64,000 bases of DNA from Trichoplax adhaerens (taxonomy: Eukaryota; Animalia; Placozoa). The position numbers and the translations under genes are program-made. The DNA lies in assembly GCF_000150275.1 (NCBI RefSeq), contig NW_002060944.1, forward strand, positions 375,614 to 439,613. Reading direction: 5' to 3'. Positions 39,502 to 53,327 of this stretch are shown one piece after another. Position 1 is the first letter of the stretch. Every line of letters begins with the position of its first letter. The notes beneath the pieces are model-generated. The model saw only the letters and a program-made list of their open reading frames with translations, was not told the DNA's origin and ran no database searches.

Positions 39502-42500
39502 GTCACAAAAACATGTAAAAATTAGCGATATTAGTGTCTTGTACGATTTACAATTTGTGAGTTATAATATACTTTATGACAATTTAAAAATCATCTGAAT
39601 ACACCATAAAATCTGAAGAATTTTTACAAAATTTTAAACAAACTGAAATGAAACTGTTCGAAAATTCGAAAAATGCCACTTAAATCATATCCATATCCAA
39701 CCATAGGGTCTGAAACCGAGGAAAAGAAGCATTATTTCCTTTCAATTTTTCCTTTGAATTGCAAAGGTGCTCAAAGACTATTATACGTATTATTTTTAAT
39801 TAGCTACTAATTATCTATAAGTGCATATTGAATGGGTTTATCGGACTATTTATTTATCAATTTTAGGACATTTTACAATTAATGTTCGACCAATTAATAA
39901 TTTCAAGTTATTCTATTTAATAATTGATTAATTATATTTTGAGATGCACAGAACATTATAAGTTAATGAAATCATTGCTTAGTTTTACTCAAGCTCAAAT
40001 AAAATGTAATGATTACATTACTTTTCTCTCAATTTTTTCTATTTGCTGAAACTATACGCTAAATTTTTATTTTATCATTGGATAATTGATATATTTAAAT
40101 GACTGCAAAGTAACTTAGTATTGTGATTGTAGACTATAAGCCAAGCCTATTATGATGTACAGTAGTGTCGTTTCTACATTTATCTTATGATATTTTTAGT
40201 AGCCCATAATTATAGACAGTAATTTTAGACTTTGTACTAGAGTACAGATGAATGCATACGGTAAGATTTTAAGTTACTAATAAGGTTATAGGTAAAAACA
40301 GAAATGTAAATCAAGTATTAGGATATGGTTAGTTTATTGTACTTTATGTGGTAGCAATAATGTCGACGCAAATACCGTATTCGTTACCATATTGGATTAA
40401 TGATGGTCTGCCATAAAATAGTGTTACTAATAATAATTAGATTATGTGTAAATAAGGCAAAATGCTGCTATGCTGATTGTAGCGCTGCGTAGGCTACGAA
40501 GAGTATAAAAGCCAGAGACATTAAGTTATCTAATTGTTCTTTCTAGAAGTCTTCAATGTTTGTATTTGACTAGATTAGAGCTATGTGTCGCTAGTCTTTG
40601 TATTAGATCTAATAAAATTCTAATTTTTTGCCAATTTTAATTTTGAGATCGGAATTTTATCACACTAATATGCTTTATTCTTAATACTAATCGATATGAT
40701 ATTCTTATACGGTGACTGAAGTTAGCTTAGCTACTAGATTTCGAGAACTCAACGCTGAAAATTTTATTATCTCATGTAGGATGAATTAATTCATGATTTT
40801 TACAGTAGTCTATTTCATTAATCACTAGTGCAAACTCCCGTCGCTTTGCTGACGGTTTACGATAAAGTGCTCATTTAACAGATAGTATATTACCATTTGT
40901 CGTAGACCTGTCAGAGGTTCAATAACTTTATACCTTGTAGGCAAGAATCTGCAGCTACATATTAAATATGGTTCTATTGAAGCTTTAGGTATAGGATAAA
41001 TGCTATTAAAATAATATTAGAAATGTTACTTTTGGGAGTCAGACAAAAATGTGATATCAAAACTCCCCAAAATTATAGGGGTCTATACTTCTATGGTCTT
41101 TGCTTACAATTTGCAACAGTGATGAAGATCCGAATAAGCTTAAAAAGATAAGAGCGATAGTACATTAGCAAAAGTATACTCACCGACTATTTATGAGTAT
41201 TTTCGAAGAAGCTACTATGAAATGCTAGAAATAGCAAACAGTTTTTGGCAGTACATTGCAGATAATCTGAAAACATGTGTCACAATTTCACTTCTGCGAC
41301 AAGGTAAAGTACGGTAAAAGTCTATAAGTAGCTACAGACTTTAATGCCCTTTTACTTAACGTTAAACACACATAGCAAAAGACTGTAAAGATGAAACTTT
41401 TATTAGCAAAGATATATCTACAACTTTTTACCACTACTGAACTCAAATGTTGAGGTTTATATAGGAACCGTCTAATTCGTAAACAACAACAGTATTATTG
41501 TTATACTTTAGTAGGAGAAATATCTCGAACTGAGATGTTCCTAACATAGCTTTTCTATCAGTAAATATTTTGAATCTTTTACTCATAATTAATCTTAATC
41601 TAAGCTCGTAGGTTGTCTAATTCAACTATCATCAACTAGAACTTGAATCATCTTACAGCTATCTATCATACAATAACAATCAATATCAAATATGTAATGA
41701 ACTATTACAAACAACATCCATGTTAAGGCATTACTTATCTTACCTAGCACTACAAGTATGGATATTCTCCATACTAGCTACTACTGTACTTATTAAACTA
41801 TCCTAATAAGTTCGAATTATCTTGATTGTCACTTACTTATGGTAGAATGTAAATTATCGTGGAAATGTCCCACGATAATACATATCGTAATCTGAATATT
41901 CTGTATTAGTCATCAGATGTCTATGTTTGTGAATACTGTTGTCTGTATTAGGGAGTCGTAGCTAAAGTTAATGTCTAATTCAGAGAATGATTCTAAAGTT
42001 AATCGTACTAACTATAACTCATGTACTGTTGAGGAAGAGTATATAAACGCAATATATCGTGTAATAAAGTTAATTCTGAAACTTAGTGATTAACGTAAAA
42101 TACGAGGTGTCTAAGTCTTCGTGTAGTCTGCTTGTAGCGCAAAAGTGTTTCTGATAGTGCAGATATCGTTCCTTGATACGTGCTTCAAGGGATTGATTTA
42201 TTGATCATACATTACGTTATCTTCTTGCAAAGCTGTTTTGTGACAAAAACTTAATTCGGTTTAACTTCTTATAGATTTTATTTCGTATCTTAACGTATTG
42301 TAAACAAGACTCCTTTATTCGGGTTAGCACTTACGAATTATCAGTCGTGAAAATAACTTGTATATGGATTTATAGTTTAAAATAAAATTTTGTTTTGAAC
42401 TCCTTAGAAATATGAAACTTTCTTTAGGAATTGTTGTTATTAGTGATAAAGTAAATCCTTGCGGTATTACGACGAATTAGCAAATGTTTCGAGTAGTTAT

Positions 42501-44966
42501 TTGAAATATAGAAATTTGATATAGTTTGTAATAGAAACAAACATATGTATGAAATTGTTTATTACTTCAAATTAATCAATTTAGCAGTTACCTAAATCAA
42601 AAATTGCATTCATTGATCAATCAGTCTGTTAACTGATAAATATGAAAGTAGGGGCTGAAATTGAAATACTTTGAATTCAAAAGTACTGAAATAGCAAACG
42701 GGCGGCTAAAATCAACAAGTAATTCGATGAAATGGAGCACTAAAACTTTAATCGATCTTTCAAATTTTCTGCCCATAAATTATGGAAAAAATATAGACCG
42801 TTCCTAATTTAGGAAAGAGTCTAACGAATTACTTCAAGAATATGTGGAATAAAATCTTTTCTATTAGAAACTTTTCAGCTTTTCAAAGACTAAATTCATA
42901 ATAAAGTTAAAGACACAATCACTTTAAATCTGATTTAAATCGCAGGAGACAATTTGTGATTTAGTATCTTTAAAATATTTAAGTAAGAACTAGCAATTCT
43001 TGTAAATTTTCACTTCATTACTTAACTTCAGATTCCTCTAACGATACCAAGAACTATCTACCTTGAGTCATCTACTTATAATATTATATACAACTACATT
43101 TATACTATGGTAAATCTGAATTATGTTATCGTAGAAATCATAAAAGTTTTTAAACTATCTTATTATCTCTAGCTAAAGCATTGCGCTCATAGTTCGCTGT
43201 TAGACTACAAACGAATTGATAAATTTTCATAGCTACGGCATACTACATAGTCTACATTCGTTACTGTTGTGGGAATTAATGCAGCATAGCTTTCCTCGAA
43301 AAATGTCTAAATGATCGGAAAATGATAATTTCAAATAGCCACTACAACAACCACCTATGACACGATGAAGGAATCATTTCTTAACATCCTTCCGATATCT
43401 TATAATATTTCCCTGATTAACTTTTAAGAAATCAGAATCAATCATATTAAAACCAGGGACTTTTCGATTTTAATCTTTAATTCTCATTTTTTTAATTTAA
43501 GAATTTGATTTTTATCGTAAAGTCCTAGTTAAAACTTACGTACTGGTAGATGCTGTAATAATATATTCATTGGCCGTAACATATTAATAACAAAGCCTTT
43601 ATCGTATAAATTTCTTAAAATTTATACTTACTAAATCGAAATAGTTAACAATATCTTCTTTTATATACGGTATAATTGTTAGGAGAATTGTTCTGCATCC
43701 AATCCTCAATATTACGTAAAATTAGAAGTTGGGTGTAATTAGAGTTGCTGATGTCTAATAAAGTTTTATTTATCTTGCATCACACAGTATATAGTTGTTA
43801 GCAAAATTGATCCATATCTAATCCTTCAGTATCATCTAAAAGTTAGACATATCATAGTTGCTAATATCGGCAGAAATCGATGTATCATGGTTGCTCTATT
43901 TAATTACCTAGTACAAATTATGTTGTAGATTTAATATTGTGATGTAGCCGCCACAAATATTACAATATGATCTATTCATAGTAAAGCTTTACTTTGTTAC
44001 ATAAGTTAGTCCACCTACTAAATTACTAAAATAACTATAAAAGAAATCATAGTTAGTTGTGCATCTAATAGGTACAGGGACGATTTAAAAATTCTATCAT
44101 TATAAATACTAAGGACTATCTACATTCAGTTTAAAACAGTTCGACTTATCACATCAACTTACAATTCGAATTTGTTTTTGTTTAAGCTTATAGCCGTATT
44201 CCTAAGCTCTTATTAACACTGCTTAAAAAATATAAAATAAACCTCCGGAAATATTGCAAATAACTGACTTTTCCTGATTCGCCTTTAAAATATTTTATTT
44301 AATCGGTACGCTGCTATTGCAAGGCTTTTATCGAAAACAATAAATGGAAAAATGATTGACAATATCCATTTCGCTCTGCACCATTTATTGGTAAAGTAAG
44401 CACTGCTTTAATCTTTAATATCAAAAGATATTAAATATTTCAAAATGATAATCTTTATTAATTGTTGGCTAATAAGTGATCTTGAACAGCGGCCGGTATA
44501 CCACAATAAAGTTGAATTTTTATTATGAAAATAGTGAAACCGTTAAAGTACAAAGCCATGACACATGCAGTTTTAAACCTAGCTAACAAATGGATAGGCT
44601 CTTTAATTACTAGTGCACTATGCATAATTACAAAAATTTTGTTAATCAATATTAGTAAAAAAGTAAGAATATTTCAAAATATCCAAAATGGTAGAGACAA
44701 GATAATTTCAAATAAAGCAGATGTTAGTACCGCTAAGAATTTATCATTTACCTAATGTCTCCTATATTTTAAAATCTTTCCAAGATTAACCTTCATGAAC
44801 TATAAGTAGTCATGCCATAACTTTAATATTAAATACAAAATCATTATCATAAATCTATCCCGTTTTATGATTCCAGCCTTTATATGAACTATATTTATTG
44901 GATAAGATATTTCTAGCTTATTATATCATAATCGTGATAGTTATTTTTCCATATTTATAATAATGG

Positions 44967-46954
44967 TTAGCAGAAGTGATCCACATCTGTGGTATCGAAA
45001 TCGTCTAGAAAACTAGAACTAAAGCTATTGGTACTAGTAGATATTGGCGAAACAGTAGTATAATGGACAAACTTATATATAACATGATGATGAACAGTCT
45101 GTTCAGTTTGCTTATTTAAGTTCTCAACGGCTGGCGATAATGTTTGTAATGATTTATGCTCTATTATTACCTTTGGCCTGCACTCTTCTATAATATTACG
45201 AGTATGACTAAAAGATGACACTTTATCATGAATGGAATCGATTGATTTAACTCTTTGAGTGTTATTTGTGATAATAGTTTCCATCAATTCGATGGACTTG
45301 CTATTATTTTCTCTCTCATCTGTTTTTTCTATTCCGTTTGATGGCTGATAGCAAGGATGACGGTAATGACATAGACAAGATACACTTGGATTCAAATCTT
45401 CACTACTTTTACACGCTATCATACGAGTATACGGATTGGATTTTGGCATAGTTTGCTGATATATCAGGTCTATAATCTTCCATTTAGTCCATTGAAGTGA
45501 TGTTGAGTCTAGAACTTTTCTTAATTCATTTCCTACCAATTTACCAAAATGATCATAATCATCTTCAACTTGTCCTTCTTGTATCTTCAGCTCATTCATC
45601 GTTTTCAAGGCCTTCTCCGTACCATTATTATCCGATTTACTCCTCTTGCTACGATCATTCCCGATCTCAGTAATAGTCCATTCAGGACTCTCTGATCGCT
45701 TTACGGGTGTCTTTTTGCAATTTTCTCTGTTGGATAACTTACTGGAGCGTTGGGTGCTTGCTGACTATAATAATTTAAGTTTACGTATTAAGTTAAAATA
45801 GCAATAGATTTCTATTATAGGTAGGTAAGTGATAAAATGATACTCTAAGTTATCAATGGTCCACATCTTAGTCCGCAGATCATTTGGTATATTTCAAATT
45901 AGTTCACGAAATATTAATGATTTTGATAAAATAATAGCATTATTAATTATCCTTTTCTATATAAAATCGATGATTTCACTTAGTTCATCAGTAAATATTT
46001 TATAAGCTATTTACTACAATAAAGACGCCTGAATTCGCATCTTAAGAAACTTTATGATGCAATTACAGTAATTGAGTCCTGAAGTACATGAAATATTTAT
46101 GCTCTCTTTTCCTGTAACTTAAGAATTCTAATCTTTTTTACTTGCATAATGAATTGGATAATGATTGATCTTCTAATATATTTTGTGTAGAAAACAGAAC
46201 CTATCTTAATGCTATATTTTCTTTAAAATGCCTACAACTACACCTACCGGATTAGTACTTCTATTCGGTAGGCTATCAAATGCTTCTTTTTCATGACTCT
46301 AGAGATAGTTAGAGAGCGACATGAGGAACAAACGTTTATCAAATAGAAATGCAGTATTTTACACATCTTAAAGATAATTTTTATCAAACATTCTTACTGA
46401 TTCCGATTTATTAGCAATCACTTCCATCTTAGGCATAGAAGATATTACCGACGACGGTTGTGATCGTTGCCCATAAATTTCTTCTTTGGACTTGAAACAT
46501 AATTTTAAATGCAATTATTTTAATACCGTAACTGCCTCAGCTCTTTGAAAATTTATTTTAACGAGAAAATGTTTCTTTCGTTACTACGGCTTACCAATGG
46601 CGTACTCCATGTTGGTAATGGAGCTTGTACATCACGAAGAAATTTTAATGACTCAAAAAATGGCCATGTTGATTGGTAAATACTATTGGCAGCTACGCCC
46701 GATCTTCGCGTTGAAATCATTCGCTGATGTTCTCGAAAAAATTGAGTACGAAGCGAGTTCATTTTTTTCTCAGTTACTATGGGCTGACAATGTAATTTCT
46801 TAGCCATTTCCTTCCATGCCATGTATCGAACAGCTCGATTTTTATAATGAGGATGCCAAACATTCCACAAGACTTCATTTTCACGATATAGATCAATCAG
46901 TTTCTTGATTTTTTCAATTCCCCAATCCAGTTCTGCTTGATAATTTCCTTCCAT
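44967..46954 (-). CDS. MADF (Myb/SANT-like, Adf-1 family) transcription factor with BESS-like motif; exons 46954-46595, 46490-46398, 46298-46248, 45764-44967
   Basis: W..E.IKKLIDLYRENEVLWNV.HPHYKNRAVR..AW..MA..L...KKMNSLRTQF.RE...Y.STWPFFESLKFL is a classic MADF domain. DDYDHFGKLVGNELRKV...KWKIIDLIY is BESS-like. All introns are phase-0 GT-AG and all exons are open. Confidence 0.88.
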
Positions 46955-49705
46955 TTACGGTTTTAATTATTCTTTATCAAACTACACTAATTGAATAGCC
47001 TATTTTGAATAGTACAGAAAAACTACATGTTCAAACAAAAATTATAATATTGAATAAAGTAAAATATCATCTGCACTTATTTCTATACGGAATATTGCAG
47101 CAATACGTCTCTTAGCACAGCTACCGTTCCTTATATCTTCCAGATAGTATAATACACTTTCAGTTTAACTTTGACATGATAGTTGCAATACAAGTTTAAG
47201 CTGTTAACAAGTGGTGTCAAAAAATTTTGTTCACTAATAAAAATGAGATCTATCCTCGCAATGTTAGATATCCTTAGTGCACTTAAAACTATCTAGAATT
47301 TTACTCCGGTTTGTTGTTGCTGTATATAGATATCGTTGTCTGTTGATATATTTAATGTTATATCGAAAAGGTGGTTAATGTAATAAAATAAATTATAATT
47401 TACATGAAGTAAATTTGCACTATTCATGGGTCTTATTAGTTGCTTCTTATGAGAAGAATTGGATAAAGCAATTCTTTTATGCCAGTCTACCTAGATCTAT
47501 CACTGTAAAGAATCTATATCATAATAAGACAGTTTACCGATCAATACATTTAAAGTAATTATCAGTTATTATTAAAAAGTTTTCGTATTTGTTTAGCTAA
47601 ATTGCTTTCTCAAACACAAATATGTATCATTTTTAGCAATCGATATTTTCTAACTGTACTTAAATTGTATAATATTACACGATTATTGACCACATAATCC
47701 TATCTTACTTTATTCGAAAATAGATCTTAAAATAGGATTACCAATTGAAGCTTGAACTTGGTTAAACTTTACGCGTTAATATAAAAGACCTACCTACACG
47801 AGTTAATCCAGTTATTGATTCGTTGTCAACCTTCTAAATTGCAATATATCCTTATTTACCTCGAATAAATGCGATAAAAGAACTTGATTGCAAACCACCA
47901 AAAAATAGTTATGAAACTGCCTTAGCGCAGGGACTCAAACAGTGTATTCTGATCGATTTGTTGAATTTGAGTATACGACATCTCAAGTATTTGCGAATTT
48001 TATTAATTTTTTACAATAAATACATAGACAATTACTGTACCTGAACCTTATCTGGACAGACTAATCATGGCTGTAAATCCAATTAGCTGTTATTTATAAT
48101 TACCGTTACCATTACATCGGTTATTACAGCATATTAATCTACAGAAGTTGAAAATTGGCTTATATATGTAGATCCATTACAACAATCGGTGCATTGCACC
48201 AGATATCAGGTCTATTTTGCACCGTCTGCAACTAATATCATTTCGGTTAACTCTTATTATCGTATATAGAAAGGAGAAATCACAATCTAAATGACGGGTA
48301 ACTTGCATTTTAAATTAGAATGATACTGTATGGTCAATGACAACTATAGGAAAGGCATAGAAATTTGTAATTACGGCAATTACAAAGTCGATAAAATTAA
48401 AGAATTTGGTGCCAATTTATGATGTCTGTGATTGACTGCCTCAAACACCTCAACTTTTTCAGAAATACAGATAGATGTCAACACTGGCGTGAGGGCTGAG
48501 CTAAAAAGTCAATAAAAAAACTACGAACGATGGCCTATCATTAATTTTCCCTAATAATGATAGGAAAGACCATTTTCCCCCAAATATTCTTTTCATTTAT
48601 ATCCGATAAGGTTTATCGTAAAACATTGCAAACAGTTCCTTTCTTTTGTCGGTTTGTTCATTTTTAATTCTAATGTCAATCTCTTTTAATAGAGCAGTGA
48701 GGAATTATACCAATATATAATTAGCTAAAAAATTAGGTTGTTCAGCATCTCGAGGGTTGCATCAATTTCCAAAATTAATTATAATGCACAAAGTAACGTA
48801 GTGAGAATTTTAGTTACCATGCATAGAACATTCCTAAATTTTTCCACAATACTATCAGTTTATATGGATTTAAAGGTCTACCTTGCTAAACTCCGGTAAA
48901 CACTGACGGCTGATTCTGTAATATTTAGGGTTAAATTGTAGTAATACAGTAGAATCATGGTAATCAAGCGATAACGCCATCGCATAATCTTCAAATCTAG
49001 TCAGCGAAATATTGCATGTTACGGTTGCATTAGAGCATTACTGTAACATTTACAACTGAAGCTGAATTCAATTAACGACGGATTAAACTAAGCCAATGCA
49101 TTAACTATAAGGAATGAATTAAATAGTAGGTTAAAAAATCTTCGACTGCAATTACTTGTTGTAGAATCAACAGCACAATAAATGCAATTGTATTCTGCTA
49201 TAGTGGATTTGGAAAAACGGCAAATGCTATTAATACACACATTGATAACTGTCTACTCATATGAACGTTCGTCTCCTATTACTACACGGCACACTTCTGA
49301 TTTAGACCGAATTAATTACAGTAACACATTGACGAAGGAAGCCACTTCCAACAGGTGCACTACGCCAGTTGGTAATCATGGTGATACTGTAGCTGTTTAT
49401 GTAAATCGACCAGGCATTTTCGAATACTTAGGTAAACGATACATTCTCTTCCTGTCTATGGCCATGTGCATTGTAAACTCTAGTTTCTTACATTCGTGCA
49501 GACTCAAAATAGTCCATTTCCTTAGGACAGAGTGATAAACACTGACAATCATCGACAACAAATCTTTTACATGTAGTTAGTGTTTTCATATACAGAAAAT
49601 CTGTAGGTGTTGGAAACAAATAAGCACAGTTAATTTAGAGAACAGTAATTAAACATTAAAAGACTAAAATCTTTTTATTTGACTTTAATACATGATGAAG
49701 AGAAT

Positions 49706-51118
49706 TTAAGAGTTGGCTTTGTTTTGTCCACTAGATCGGTCCTCCTAGCAAAAGGATCATTTACGATTGATTAATTAAATAAAATTATAAGCACAAATAA
49801 CTCAAAATTAACATTAACTTCAAAGCTGTACAAGGAATAACGTACTGTACTGCACTGACACTACATACATTATCATAAGCCACAAGGAAATAAGCAACAA
49901 CTAACTAGCCCATGCATTAAAACTTTGACATAAAAGGATGACAAATGATTGCTTATTCAATAGATCACCGTGCAGTCAGAGAAGGGTAATAACTCCGACT
50001 AACAACTGACTACGGACATTGCATCAATATTGGCCAATAATTCAACGAGTGATAACTTGACGACAATCGACTTAGTCTAGCAAAAGCAAAGACTAAGGCT
50101 GGCATACACCATAACCTTACAAAGTAGCACAGTACCGTAGCTTCTATCCAAATTAAGATATATCGTACCTTTGGACGGAATCGTGGTGGAGGGACACGAT
50201 CTCTTCTATCTTCTTTAGATCGATTTCTGACAATTTTCGAGTGAATGGCACAGCTGACACAGTAGTACAACTTAGCATACATCTTGGGCAAAGCATACGC
50301 TACAATGAACGTAGAAAAATGTTTAATCAAGATTCCATTTTACTCAACATGATGGTCATGCTGTGAGATCAAGATACAGCAACATCATCCAAGTAGATCA
50401 AACTTATGATTACAATGATAGACTTGCTAGCCATTCGCTACACTTACAATCGTACACGCTCGCTTCCGAGATATCACGGATAGCCGCCGCATCGACCATG
50501 TTTCTTATAACAAACTTCTTAATAGCTTTGTCTTTAGGTACACAACGAGAACAATTTGTGCAGCGAACAAACCTGGTATGTCCGCGTCCATGCTTTGATC
50601 GTCCGCTATTACGTCTCTTCTTGGTCTATAGCATGGATTAAAATAGAAAGTGGATCGGGAATTACAATTTTATACCAATAACCAGTCAAGATCAGCGGAC
50701 GCCATTTTTAATACGGTTATGCCCAAATGGTCTATTTTATGATTAATTTATCCATACACTCCCTGTCCATGATGGTTTCATTGCCGAATACAACTAAAAC
50801 TACCAACTACATTACATTATCATCGGAAATGAACGAAGTCCAACTTTTGCCATGGCCAGGCAATATCATCAAATCTCGACTAGTCACAACCATACTTGAT
50901 CGCGACTCGACTTTGCAACATGACACTGTTATAACTATAGCGCCACGTGGTATAAGATGAGTGTAAAAAAATGACTTCGATCCAATGGAAAGAATCCAAA
51001 ATGGCTTTTCTTCCATCGACATATCTCTTTGAGCTTTTCAATGTGATAAGGCTTCATCATGAAGCATGAACTAACATAATTATCAAAGCATTAGTCGATC
51101 AATCTCATTTCTTACCAT
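49706..51118 (-). CDS. RPS26: 40S ribosomal protein S26 (eS26), 116 aa; exons 51118-51116 (ATG), 50625-50448, 50299-50169, 49744-49706
   Basis: [38 protein letters not shown]...[27 protein letters not shown]...PPPRF. The ATG-only first exon has a strong donor (ATG|gtaaga). AATAAA at 49679-49674. Confidence 0.96.
50700..50708. promoter_or_regulatory. YY1-like motif (CGCCATTTT) in RPS26 intron 1
   Basis: Matches CGCCATnTT. A second AAAATGGC lies near 50998-51005. YY1 sites are common near ribosomal protein gene starts. Confidence 0.35.
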
Positions 51119-51179
51119 GATTGAAAAAATGAATTTGCCTCAACTTGAAGGTAGGCAACTTCTTCGCCAGCAAGATGGG

Positions 51180-51197
51180 TAGAAAAGAAGGAAGAAA
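51180..51197 (-). promoter_or_regulatory. Pyrimidine tract, candidate 5'TOP/TCT initiator of RPS26
   Basis: Minus strand reads tttcttccttcttttct about 60-80 nt upstream of the RPS26 ATG, as is typical of ribosomal protein genes. Confidence 0.6.
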
Positions 51198-51251
51198 CTA
51201 GTGCGGAGCCTCGTTGTAGAGTAGTGGTCACTACTGCGCATACTCTTGAAA

Positions 51252-51500
51252 ACTGTACTGTACCGTACAGTGTACAGTGTACAGTGCAGTACAGTACTTT
51301 AGGGTCTGTACTCTGTAGTCTTCACAAGTTGACAGTGTACAGTACAGTAGGCCCCAGCCATAATAACCCCGATTACGCTGAGTATCTGAGTAATCGGGGT
51401 TATTATGGCTGGGCCTAGTGTACAGTGTACAGTACTTCAGGGTCTACAGTATAGCCTTTATGCAGTACTGTACATTGTACATGAGTACTGGACTGGACAG
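51252..51500. repeat. Degenerate (GTACA/CAGT)n simple-repeat tract around the palindrome
   Basis: Repeated tacagtgtacagtgtacagtgcagtacagtac. Near-duplicate cagtactttagggtct (~51292) and cagtacttcagggtct (~51430) lie on either side of the palindrome. Confidence 0.6.
51348..51418. mobile_element. Tiny palindromic MITE-like element: 26-bp inverted arms, 13-bp spacer, TAG (or TA) flanking duplication
   Basis: Left arm 51351-51376 gccccagccataataaccccgattac; right arm 51390-51415 reverse-complements to ggcccagccataataaccccgattac (25/26 identical). TAG at 51348-50 and 51416-18. Confidence 0.6.
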
Positions 51501-53327
51501 AACTGCATAATACCATACAGTATGGGAGAATAGTTTGGTATGGAACATAGACCTGACTAGGAGCATCCGTTTTCGTAAACTACTCGATACCTGGACTGAT
51601 CACCCACTTCAGTACGTCATCCGTCTAGGTATAGTACAGTATCTCGTGGTCCATGGTACTTTATACTGTACCGTAGTCCATGAACAGGACAGTATACTAC
51701 AGCTTACTATTCACACAGGAGGGATGGACAGCAAAGAAAACCCCTTTCACGCGTGCGCATTGGTGCAGCAATTGTGATGGATTTTCTGTTTTTGAAGTGC
51801 AGTAAAATGGCCGGAAATGATTGGAATCAGAATAGTCGTAGACTTGTCCCTTTCTCGCTGGCAACGACTGTACTTGCATGGTAATAGACTTGGATGGAGG
51901 AGTAGCTAAATGTATCAACTTGAATGATGTGGCAGTGGTTTATTCAGATAGATCCATGACACCAAATTCATAGATTCAGGGAAGTTAAGAGAGTATGCAC
52001 TAGTAACCACCGTTCATTGGCAAAAGCGCAAGAGCTGACATTTTTGCCGGTCATTCTTGCTATATCGATTGGTTGGAAATGTAGAGTTTACTGTAGCTAA
52101 TTCCAGTAACCGGATGATTGCAATAGTTTGAGATCACTTGTGAGCACTACAATGTACGATTACAGTGTATGGAACAGTTAAAATGACCATTATAATCGTA
52201 ACGTTTTGGACAATGTGCTGTACTAAAAACTATTTTACTACTGACTGTAGTCCAATTCTCGTTTCTATGGTCACCATGACTTCCATTCTTCGAGGGTAGT
52301 GAACAAGATACAGTCGGAACGATCCATTCATTTTCTCACTACTCAAGTTGTTCAAATCGGAAATTGGAGTTCCATAATTTGAACAGCTTTTAAATCACAT
52401 ATTCAAGACCATGAGAGAATTCACGTTCAAAGCCCTTGTAAGACCTCGCTGGTCACAACATTTTTACAATAGAAGTACGTATGCATGTAAGTACACCGGT
52501 TAGAAATTCAATAATTGGTTTTGAAAAAACTCGACTGAGTATATGAGCTGGATATCACAAGAGTGCACTCGATGTTTTGCTTACTGAACTGTAAACTGTC
52601 TGAAAATACCAACTTTATATTCCGGTCTGTACGTCAGTTGATTAATTATTACACTCGAAGTGAAACCTGCCTAACTAAATCAAGGTACCCTTTACTGCGC
52701 TACCTAGACTTGGTATTACTCCAATTAATCCATCAAGAACTGATCAATTCCCTTAAGTAATTAATGTAATTGATTGAGCATGGGATGTTGGAGCTCACTC
52801 CATGCAGAGGTTCCTTCTTAAAGTACTTTCGTCCGTGGCTAGATCAGATAGTTGTTATTAAATGATAATGATATACTGCACAAGTGCACATGGAGGTTGA
52901 ATCATAAGCTATATACTTGCACACTGTATTGACTAGAAATATTCATTTGCCATAGCATGGTGGGGAATTTATTAAGATTTAATCAAAATTACAAATGATG
53001 ATAAATAAGACTAGAAGAAACAACCAGGTTCTTTACACGTATAATGGAAAAGTAAACAATACAGGAAGTTAGAAAGAGCCAAGTTCATTCACGATGGGCA
53101 ATAAAGTATAGACTACAAATGAATTATTTATTGCATAATGTACATTGACTACCCTTCAGATAGCATGTCATTTAGGATAAGTTTAAAATCTATCAATTTC
53201 AAAAGTATTCTAGTATCTAGGAAAACAAATTCCGAAAGATATCTATACTGAAGCTAAATCTATATGTGAACTTCTACAATAATTGGAAGGGAGCCAATTG
53301 CAATGCTTAAATACGTATAGAGTAAAT

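Noticed and set aside
49745-51115. Intronic snoRNAs in RPS26
   Set aside because: Isolated C-like (51060-51054) and D-like (50695-50692, 49979-49976) boxes are not correctly spaced, and no terminal stem or rRNA guide was recognised. An Infernal/snoscan run would be needed.
51252-51500. CRISPR-like array
   Set aside because: Eukaryotic context with irregular short simple repeats and no constant repeat-spacer period.
49182-52760. Short ORFs around RPS26 (49182, 50363, 50727, 50807, 51224, 51535, 51697, 52563)
   Set aside because: They are antisense, intronic or simple-repeat derived, with no recognisable motifs or consistent splice structure.
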